Source: Pyrolobus fumarii 1A
GTDB lineage: Archaea > Thermoproteota > Thermoprotei_A > Sulfolobales > Pyrodictiaceae
Direction of reading: 5' to 3'
DNA: 32,000 nucleotides
NCBI RefSeq assembly: GCF_000223395.1
Contig: NC_015931.1
Span: forward strand, 750,001 to 782,000
In this document: piece after piece, positions 25,245-32,000 of the stretch
Numbering within the stretch: the first letter of the stretch is position 1
Layout of the letters: every line of letters starts with the position of its first letter
Notes under the pieces: model-generated
Database searches by the model: none
Told to the model about the DNA's origin: nothing
Seen by the model: the letters and a program-made list of their open reading frames with translations, nothing else
Translations under genes and position numbers: made by a program

Positions 25245-25308
25245 GGGGATGATGTCTGGGGGGACTTGTACGGACCTTCAGGGATGACTGGCACTCCCCG
25301 GCTGACCC
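25245..25308 (+). ncRNA. Weak C/D-box-like sRNA candidate
   Basis: GGGG-ATGATGT...GGGATGA-14 nt-CTGA-CCC. It has terminal GGG/CCC pairing and a good D box. The C box is imperfect, no convincing D' is present and the spacing is non-standard. Confidence 0.3.
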
Positions 25309-25337
25309 TAAGGAGCCTAGACAGCAATGCACAAACC

Positions 25338-25357
25338 CTGCAAAGGACTGCAAAGGC
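25338..25357 (+). repeat. Tandem direct repeat CTGCAAAGGA / CTGCAAAGGC
   Basis: Two adjacent 10-nt units identical at 9 of 10 positions, inside the long DAHPS to NOP2/Sun spacer. Confidence 0.7.
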
Positions 25358-25525
25358 AATACGGGCTATGATGACTACCCCGGGGAGCCTCTGAGAGCAC
25401 CACAAACATGCTGACTACGGCGGCCGCGAGCTGAGCCTGAAACATCGAGCTAGAGGACAATAAGCCGTTCCCTCTATACACATCCTAGGTCTTACACCGC
25501 GTTATTCTCGACACGGCTGTTAGCA

Positions 25526-27004
25526 TTGAAACACCCCTATCCTATACGAGCACCGTATCGGCGGCCCACGGTGCACAGTATGCGTAGGAGAACAGGGCGA
25601 CAAACACGTGGTAGGAGAGAAGAGCTTAGCTTCACACGGGATGATATTGAAGCGCTACTCGAGGCTATAGTAAAAGCCGAGTTGTTCAAGCCAATGCAGG
25701 TAGCCAAGAGAGAGGTATTCAGGAAGTGGGGGATACTCGGGACACGCAAGGATCACATATTCACAGCTATTGTCTACAAGCTGTATGCACTGAGAGGGAC
25801 TATTGATAGGATTGCTTCGAAACTGACTGGCATCCCTCTCGAGGAGTTTGACGAGGACGCCGAGATGGATCCTTGGCTTCGTGCGGCGCTACGGCTTGCC
25901 GTTTACCTACGCCTCTTTGACGCTGTTAAGGATCCCAGATTGCTACGCGCCTTTGAGGAGCATGCACCACAGCTACTCCGTGAACGCATTAGTAGTGAAG
26001 CCGAGAGAGTGTTGAGGGAACTATGGAGCAAGCTTGAGGGTTTCGAGTGGCGCCCAGAGTCTCCTGACGAGGAGCTTGAGTACAAGTATAGGGTCTCTGC
26101 TTGGCTGATTAGCCGTATTCGTAGGATATTGGGTAACGAGACGGAGGAATTCCTTAAAGCAATCAATGAGCAGCCTTGGCTAGGCTTTCGCGTCAACACT
26201 CTCAAGGCTAGCGTTGAAGATGTCCTCGAGGAGTTAAGGAAGCTTGGTTTGAAAGTACGCGTCTCACCCTATGTTCCAACCGTCATCAAGTACAAAGGCA
26301 CCGTAAACTACGACCAATTACATCTGCTGAAGGAGGGCAAGATTATACCACAAGATGACTCCTCGGCGCTAGCCGCCATAATCCTTGATCCTAAGCCGGG
26401 CGAAAGGATCATAGATTTGACTGCCGCGCCAGGCGGCAAGACTATACACCTGGCAGAGCTAAGCAGAGTACAAGCAGAGATTGTGGCCCTTGACGTATTC
26501 CATGATAGAATGTTGCGTCTGGTTGAGATGGCCAAGCGCACCGGAACCGCGGCTGCAATACACCCGGTGCTTATGGATGCAAGGATGGCACCCAACGCTT
26601 TCGGCGAGGAGGTTTTCGACAAGGCGCTCGTAGATCCTAGCTGCAGCTCTACCGGCGTTCTTGGCAAACACCCAGATGCCCGCTGGAGACTTAACGAGAA
26701 AAGGCTCTGCCAACTCGTCTCTCAACAAGAAGAGATTCTCGAAGCGGCTATTAGACTAGTTAAGCCTGGAGGACGCATACTCTATACCGTCTGCAGCATA
26801 CTCCCGGAGGAGGGCGAAGAGATAATCAAGAAGGTACTCAACAAGTATAGTAACTGTCTACGCCTCGTACCTCTCCAGGGGCCGTTTGACCCATCGCCCC
26901 TCCTACCAGGCACCATGAGAGCGTGGCCGCACAGGCACGGGACTAGCGGCTTCTTCTATGCACTCTTGGAGAAGACGAGAAGCTTGAAAGAATGTAAGGA
27001 TTAG
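25526..27004 (+). CDS. NOL1/NOP2/Sun-family RNA cytosine-C5 methyltransferase (second paralog, 492 aa)
   Basis: LTAAPGGKT SAM loop, motif IV VDPSCSSTG, motif VI LYTVCSILPEE, and C-terminal WPHRHGTSGFFYALLEK. TTG track start. ATG at 25580 is an alternative. Confidence 0.92.
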   Translation: MKHPYPIRAPYRRPTVHSMRRRTGRQTRGRREELSFTRDDIEALLEAIVKAELFKPMQVAKREVFRKWGILGTRKDHIFTAIVYKLYALRGTIDRIASKLTGIPLEEFDEDAEMDPWLRAALRLAVYLRLFDAVKDPRLLRAFEEHAPQLLRERISSEAERVLRELWSKLEGFEWRPESPDEELEYKYRVSAWLISRIRRILGNETEEFLKAINEQPWLGFRVNTLKASVEDVLEELRKLGLKVRVSPYVPTVIKYKGTVNYDQLHLLKEGKIIPQDDSSALAAIILDPKPGERIIDLTAAPGGKTIHLAELSRVQAEIVALDVFHDRMLRLVEMAKRTGTAAAIHPVLMDARMAPNAFGEEVFDKALVDPSCSSTGVLGKHPDARWRLNEKRLCQLVSQQEEILEAAIRLVKPGGRILYTVCSILPEEGEEIIKKVLNKYSNCLRLVPLQGPFDPSPLLPGTMRAWPHRHGTSGFFYALLEKTRSLKECKD

Positions 27005-27744
27005 ATTCTAAGCACTCTGGCAGCGTTGCGCTGCACAGCCTCCATGATAGCCTCCTCGCTCTCTCTACGTAGCTCGGCGATTACCCTGATAGTATCGGGT
27101 ATCAACAGTGGTGTTAGGTTTAGCCCGCGATACTGGTAGGGACCATCACTCTCCACGAGGATCATTTCAAGAGGCACCATCTTTACTATTTCTTGATGCT
27201 TCTTTTGTATTTTAACAGCCGGGTTCACCGATATGACATACCCGCTTTCACGGAGTTTTTCGAGAAGGTGGTGTGGGCCCGTGTACCAGTGAAAGTTTGC
27301 CCGCTTCAACCCACGCTGCGTTACGATATTGTATACCTCTTCCCATGTGCCCGCGGTATGTAGGTTCATGAATGCGTCGACATCAGCAGCATAGTCCAGG
27401 AATATGCTGAATACCTCGCGTTGCTTATCAATTGTTTGTGGTACAAACCTCGTGTCTAACCCAACCTCGCCAATACAATCTACGCCCTCCCTTGCTGCGA
27501 GCCGGACTATCTCCCTAGCCTGCTCTAGGGGAGCCTCAACCTCTCCAACGCTCCAAGGGTGGAGGCCCAGACACGGCTTGATACGGTCAGGATATTCGCG
27601 ATACAAGTTAAGTGTACGTCTTGCACTCTCTAGGTCATCGCTCACCGCCACTATCAATACATCGAGGCTTTCTAGTATTGAACGTATATCCTCGTCTTTA
27701 AACTCGTGGAGGTGACAATGAGCATCAATATAACGGGCTTTCAA
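27001..27744 (-). CDS. tatD: TatD-family metal-dependent hydrolase/nuclease
   Basis: N-terminal YIDAHCHLHEF (HxH), GEVGLD, NLHT and ESDGPY motifs. 247 aa. TTG start. Confidence 0.92.
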   Translation of the reverse strand: MKARYIDAHCHLHEFKDEDIRSILESLDVLIVAVSDDLESARRTLNLYREYPDRIKPCLGLHPWSVGEVEAPLEQAREIVRLAAREGVDCIGEVGLDTRFVPQTIDKQREVFSIFLDYAADVDAFMNLHTAGTWEEVYNIVTQRGLKRANFHWYTGPHHLLEKLRESGYVISVNPAVKIQKKHQEIVKMVPLEMILVESDGPYQYRGLNLTPLLIPDTIRVIAELRRESEEAIMEAVQRNAARVLRI

Positions 27745-28020
27745 GCCTCCACCCCACGGGCTGTGAGGACCGTCTCGAACACAGAGCCTTTAAGGGCTAT
27801 GAAGGGGTGGCGGCTGACCGAGCCCCAAGGCTCAGACCGTAAAAGATTCATCACATTTTCAGCATAGGCGGCCTTAGCATCACAGCCACGAGGACAACGC
27901 CATTATACCGCCTTATAACGCATTACACATCCAGCCAAAAACACCAGCATATAGAAGCCTGGTAAAGAAGAGGTGAAGCTAGCTTAGTTCTCTTACTCGA
28001 GGTTTCACGTTAGGGTTTGC

Positions 28021-28737
28021 TCACAATATCTGTGTAGCTTGCAACTCCTTGCTCACTTCCTCAACATCTTTGTATGTATCTATGCTCCTCCAGAACACAT
28101 CATGATAGCGTAAAGCGATCAGCTTCCTCTGCTGCGCCAATACTGGGAACGTAGTTTTCTCAATATCGCCACGCTCAGGCAGATAGTCGAATATCGCTGG
28201 CCTCATGACATAGACTCCAGCATTTATCCAGTACTCACGCAGTATCGGCTTCTCAACAAACTCTTGTATCCGCTCGCCCTCATCTATTCTCAGTATACCA
28301 TATGGACTTCGTAAAGGCACCGCCGCTATAGCACCAACTGCATCCTCGTGCTCACTCAGCTTCTTGACTAGTTTCAGAGGATCCAGATTCGTTATAATAT
28401 CGCCATTGAGCACGAGGAAGTATTCTTCGCCACGCAGCAGGTGCTCAGCGTTCTTCAGTGCACCGCCCGTCCCAAGAGGCTCCTCTTCAATAACATAGGC
28501 TATCTTCACGCCGAACCTTGAACCGTTACCAAGGTACTCTATGAGCCTTGAATAGAGGTAACCAGCCAAAACTATGATCTCAGTTATACCATGGTTTTTC
28601 AACCACTCGATTTGCCATACTATGATCGGTTTGCCTGCGACCTCCACGAGAGGCTTTGGGCGATCACTCGTAAGAGGACGTAGCCTTTTTCCATAACCAC
28701 CTGCTAGTATGGCCGCTTTCATGACGCTACAACCCAC
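28021..28737 (-). CDS. Sugar-phosphate nucleotidyltransferase (glucose-1-P thymidylyl/mannose-1-P guanylyl-transferase family)
   Basis: MKAAILAGGYGKRLRPLTSDRPKPLVEVAGKPII signature and EPLGTGGAL. The probable start is the second ATG at 28722. Confidence 0.92.
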   Translation of the reverse strand: MGCSVMKAAILAGGYGKRLRPLTSDRPKPLVEVAGKPIIVWQIEWLKNHGITEIIVLAGYLYSRLIEYLGNGSRFGVKIAYVIEEEPLGTGGALKNAEHLLRGEEYFLVLNGDIITNLDPLKLVKKLSEHEDAVGAIAAVPLRSPYGILRIDEGERIQEFVEKPILREYWINAGVYVMRPAIFDYLPERGDIEKTTFPVLAQQRKLIALRYHDVFWRSIDTYKDVEEVSKELQATQIL

Positions 28738-29014
28738 ACCATTCTACTCTACAATACGAACCTCTGTTTAAACACTAGTACAATCAACGCCAAAATAGCC
28801 GTGTGAATGTTAAGATTCAACTATCAAGAGTACATAGCGGGATTCTCGACATGCACCATTCGCATCATAGTTACGGTGCTAGAGCATAGAAGCTTATCTA
28901 CGCTCAACCCACAGATGATTAGAGATTGGAACGCCAAAACGATGAGCTACTACTATTGTATACACGACCACCCTTCCAAATACAACTTGACCCCGCATGT
29001 TTGGGAGAGACAGG

Positions 29015-30808
29015 CTAGCCGGGCTTCTTACCCTTTAGCACGTCATCCGGCACTATACCTCGGTACGCCTCGTAGTATATCGGGTCGCGCATTAGGCGCA
29101 GTAACGGCCTCTTGTAGAGGCCTAGTGGCCCGTGCCACTCGTCTAGAGGCACGCCATACTTCTTCTGGATAGCGTCGCGGTAGATGTCGCTTAGCACGTT
29201 GTACGTACAGAATGGTATGAGTCTACCATCGGGGACCACATAGTGTATGTTGCAACGCGTTACACGCGCAACGTCATAGTTGTAGAGGTCCATGAAGTGC
29301 ATCATACCCAGGAATAGCATCTTGTAGTGAAGCTCGCCTAGCGCCTCGTAATTCCTCTTTACGAATACTTTGAGCAGCATCTTTGTTATGTTAAGGTCTT
29401 TTGGTATCTTCTCGGTATCAACGAATTTTCTTAGGTCAACTGCTATCTTGGCCAGCGTCACGTACTTTCTTATCCTCGAGTCACGCACCTGACTCAACTC
29501 TACCGTCTTCTCCTCGAGATACTCCACGAAGCCTTCAACATCGAAGAAGTCCGTGATTGGTATGAACTTTTTCGGCACACCGTGCTCTCCCCGCTCTACA
29601 AAGACGTATGTCGCTGCGCCACACATGGGATGGTTAGCCATTAGGAACTGGGGCTCGCCCGTCATCGCCTCCACGAACTCGGCAAACTTGGCCGCCACTG
29701 GGACCGGGTACCACGCGTCACTGTGTATCTGGCCGTCAGTCTGCTCTTCAATTAGGTGTATAGCATCTGGTATGGTCACGCGATACTTCATACGCTCCTC
29801 ACGAGGCATCATGCCAGTTAGGCTCACCGGCTGGAAGTTAACACCGCGGACAACGTCGATATGCTTCCCAGCGAACTTAATTATCGCGCCCAGCTCATGC
29901 GTATTGACACCTTTTATGACCGTGGGGACTAACACCGTGCTAGTGACACCCGCTTTTCTGAAAACCTCGAAGATGAAAGGCACTTCCCAGTGATTCTTCC
30001 AGTTGGTTTTTGGCGTCACACCGTCGAAGCTGAGGTATACTGTGTTTAGCCCGGCTTCTCTCAGAGCCCTAGCATACTCTACAGCCTTGACTGGGTCCTC
30101 AACGTAAAGCTCAGCAAAACGGATGCCATTGGTGTTCAACTGTATATGTCGGACACCCTCCTCCTTCAACAGCTTGATTATCTCGACTAGGTCTTCGCGG
30201 AGTGTTGGCTCGCCACCGGTGATCTGTACCGCTAGTGTCACACCCTGCGCCTTTGCACGTCGTATCATGTATCGTATCTGTTCAAGACTAGGCTCATAGA
30301 CATAGCCAAACTTCTCGGCATAGAAGAAGCAGTACCAACATTTCAAGTTGCACCGGTTCGTGACAACAAGGTTGATGAGCGCACTGTGGTTGCGATGCAT
30401 CGGGCATAAGCCACAATTGAAGGGGCACGGCGAGCTTAACTGTACATAGGGTAGTCGAACACCTCTACCCTCATCCTCGTACCTAATAAAGCGCTTGTAC
30501 ATCCTAATGTCTCCAAAGTACAACTCCTCCATCTCACCGTGCTCCGGGCACACTTTTCTAATCCATACCCTCCCCTCACGCTCAAACACCACTGCCGGCA
30601 GGAGACGATAGCATTGCGGACATAGACTTGCCGTGTAGGCTAGGAGATGCTCACCTTCGCGCAACTCAGGCTTGGGTCCACCGATTTTAGCTGCATGACC
30701 CTCAATGTACACCGTTTTTGTCTTAGCGTCAAACTTGGACGGCGACGGCAACACCCGCCATTCGCCATGCCCCTCTACATCCTTCTTGGCGTCAAGCTTG
30801 ATAGCCAA
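29015..30808 (-). CDS. Radical SAM enzyme of the COG1964 type, tetraether lipid synthase (Tes / GDGT-MAS)-like
   Basis: N-terminal rubredoxin-like CPQC...CPEHG knuckle, radical SAM CNLKCWYC (Cx3Cx2C), extra Cys clusters (CPFNCGLCP) and a large C-terminal domain. 597 aa. The radical SAM call is firm. The Tes assignment is by architecture only. Confidence 0.9.
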   Translation of the reverse strand: MAIKLDAKKDVEGHGEWRVLPSPSKFDAKTKTVYIEGHAAKIGGPKPELREGEHLLAYTASLCPQCYRLLPAVVFEREGRVWIRKVCPEHGEMEELYFGDIRMYKRFIRYEDEGRGVRLPYVQLSSPCPFNCGLCPMHRNHSALINLVVTNRCNLKCWYCFFYAEKFGYVYEPSLEQIRYMIRRAKAQGVTLAVQITGGEPTLREDLVEIIKLLKEEGVRHIQLNTNGIRFAELYVEDPVKAVEYARALREAGLNTVYLSFDGVTPKTNWKNHWEVPFIFEVFRKAGVTSTVLVPTVIKGVNTHELGAIIKFAGKHIDVVRGVNFQPVSLTGMMPREERMKYRVTIPDAIHLIEEQTDGQIHSDAWYPVPVAAKFAEFVEAMTGEPQFLMANHPMCGAATYVFVERGEHGVPKKFIPITDFFDVEGFVEYLEEKTVELSQVRDSRIRKYVTLAKIAVDLRKFVDTEKIPKDLNITKMLLKVFVKRNYEALGELHYKMLFLGMMHFMDLYNYDVARVTRCNIHYVVPDGRLIPFCTYNVLSDIYRDAIQKKYGVPLDEWHGPLGLYKRPLLRLMRDPIYYEAYRGIVPDDVLKGKKPG

Positions 30809-31023
30809 CCCTCAACACTCCCTCGCTACAAATTACAATCTAGGATTTAAACGGGTTGAGGCGATACCCACGCGCCGCGTACCAAGCTACACCTAGGCAT
30901 ACAGAGTAGAGCATGGACGACAATGTTAAACTATGAGGCTATACCCTCGTTGCTACACATGTCTTCATAAGACTAGGGTAGGGTGCATTCAAAGCCTATG
31001 TAATACGCCGAGGATGATGCACG

Positions 31024-31452
31024 ATGCTCGTGCCCGGTACGATAGTGATGATTGACCTCGACAAGTTTGGGGAGATTGTCGAGGAGAGGGGGTGGAGCGA
31101 ATACCGTCCTAACCCGGCCACGGGATTACTAACAATGCTTGTCGAGAGGCTCGTATCCAAGTGGCAGGGTGTTGTTCTCTACGGTCTTGATCCCGACCGA
31201 GGTACGGAGGAAGTCGTTATAGAGATACCATATGTAGAGCCCGAGGAGCTGCTTGACGATCTCAAGGCTATTCGGGAGGAGTTGAGGAAGGTGGGCGTCA
31301 CCGCCACGATAGTAGCTGTGCGAGGCTATGTGGGGCTAAAGCCAACCGGTGATAGAAGAGAGGCTTACGAAGGCACACCGTATCGCCGCCTTGCAGCCAA
31401 GTTGCTACGTAAGGCTAAACGGCGAGGAGGCGATACGATCGTAATAGCCTAG
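31024..31452 (+). CDS. Stand-alone minimal GGDEF/Cas10-palm-like nucleotide cyclase domain (mCpol-like), 142 aa
   Basis: VMIDLDKFGEIVEERGW aligns with the GGDEF first metal-binding strand (DxDxFKxxNDxxGH). RGTEEVVIEIP occupies the GGDEF/GGDD position. The C-terminal LLRKAKRRGGDTIVI mirrors ALYxAKxxGRNxV. Confidence 0.75.
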   Translation: MLVPGTIVMIDLDKFGEIVEERGWSEYRPNPATGLLTMLVERLVSKWQGVVLYGLDPDRGTEEVVIEIPYVEPEELLDDLKAIREELRKVGVTATIVAVRGYVGLKPTGDRREAYEGTPYRRLAAKLLRKAKRRGGDTIVIA

Positions 31453-32000
31453 CATTTTACTACACGTGGTCCTGCGCCAGCACGAGCAATCACACTATAT
31501 TCAAGCGCGTATAACAAGTCGCTAAGCCTGTTAATCAGCTTCAACATGATCCTTATGTTCTCGTCGCTTCCTCTCCCGGCTACACTCACACACCTCCAGA
31601 TACTCCTTTCTGCCCTTCTCACTATGCTACGCGCGAGTGCTATACTAGCAGCCAACAAGTCACCAGAGTGTAGCGTGAAGCCCCTGGGAGGCTCTGGGAG
31701 AAGTTCATCTATCTTCCTTTCAACCTCCCTTACATCCCGCTCATCTACACACTTCTTCATTCGCCGCGGGTTTTGCGCCCCCAGCTCCCAGAGTTGAAAC
31801 CCTACACGGAAGAGCATCTCCTGCACCCAGTCTAGCAGTTCAGCCTCCTTCTCGTGCCCCTCTCTCCTCGCTATTGCGGCGGCTAGGCCCAGAGCAGATT
31901 CAGCTTCATCAAGGTCTCCTACAGCCTCCACGCACTCATGCGTCTTGGGCACACGGCCAGCTAGAGGCGCCCACGTGTAACCCTCATCACCTGTACGCGT
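31449..32000 (-). CDS. PduO-type ATP:cob(I)alamin adenosyltransferase (5' end beyond the window)
   Basis: TGDEGYT at the window edge, GDLDEAESALGLA, FTLHSGD, ARSIVRRAER and LINRLSDLLYAL are all family motifs. The stop overlaps the convergent mCpol-like gene by 4 nt. Confidence 0.9.
   Translation of the reverse strand, partial: TRTGDEGYTWAPLAGRVPKTHECVEAVGDLDEAESALGLAAAIARREGHEKEAELLDWVQEMLFRVGFQLWELGAQNPRRMKKCVDERDVREVERKIDELLPEPPRGFTLHSGDLLAASIALARSIVRRAERSIWRCVSVAGRGSDENIRIMLKLINRLSDLLYALEYSVIARAGAGPRVVKC

Noticed and set aside
25368-25394. Mini C/D unit (ATGATGA, 16 nt, CTGA) as a stand-alone sRNA
   Set aside because: It is too short, the guide length is wrong, and there is no D'/C' pair. 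It is reported only as part of the spacer finding.
27745-27822. Long-range stem GCCTCCACCCC / GGGGTGGCGGC that would sequester the GGAGG element in front of tatD
   Set aside because: The likely TATA box (27791-27800) lies inside the loop, so the distal arm would not be part of the tatD transcript. The stem has one mismatch and is probably fortuitous.
27825-27880. Minus-strand C/D half-motif (GTGATGA, 12 nt, CTGA) in the tatD upstream spacer
   Set aside because: No C' box or second CTGA at the proper spacing, no terminal stem, and no TATA box at the right distance. It is likely a chance match.
28807-29172. 121-aa plus-strand ORF starting in the AT-rich spacer
   Set aside because: Its second half is antisense to the well-supported radical SAM gene. 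It has no motif, poor composition and no promoter or SD context.
1-32000. CRISPR arrays, IS elements, integrases or tRNA-flanked integrated elements
   Set aside because: No regularly spaced direct repeats were seen, and no transposase, integrase or Cas-like ORFs. The T-arm and acceptor segments of the three tRNAs are not duplicated elsewhere in the window, so there are no att-like partial tRNA copies.

Overview
This window looks like a compact (about 90% coding), housekeeping-rich chromosomal segment of a hyperthermophilic crenarchaeon, probably Desulfurococcales/Pyrodictiaceae-like. That assignment is an inference from several features: about 54% GC, frequent ATA/AGG/CTA codons, many GTG/TTG starts, TTTAAA-type TATA boxes, intron-containing tRNAs with bulge-helix-bulge (BHB) splice motifs, archaeal RNase P protein subunits, an A-type ATPase proteolipid and a tetraether-lipid-synthase-like radical SAM enzyme. 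I support about 36 protein genes, 3 tRNA genes (Phe-GAA with a non-canonical intron, Lys-UUU, and Ser-CGA with a canonical intron), one good C/D-box sRNA candidate and several promoter or terminator motifs. I saw no CRISPR array, transposase, integrase, rRNA or duplicated tRNA fragment (att-like site). The observations most worth following up are listed here. (1) A PheRS-B3/4-like gene is translationally coupled to a small HEPN-like (RNxxxH) gene, directly upstream of tRNA-Phe. (2) A proS-linked operon has an amidohydrolase-fold protein and an EPSP-synthase-fold protein that have both lost their canonical catalytic residues, followed by a Thg1-like 3'-5' polymerase. (3) A stand-alone 142-aa minimal GGDEF/Cas10-palm-like (mCpol-like) nucleotide cyclase domain. 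(4) An ANL-family ligase with a degenerate P-loop and a truncated C-terminus. (5) A Pop5 (RNase P) reading frame carrying an in-frame hydrophobic N-terminal extension. (6) Unusually long, GC-rich intergenic spacers with C/D-box-like motifs. All functional calls come from motif recognition by eye. No database search was run.
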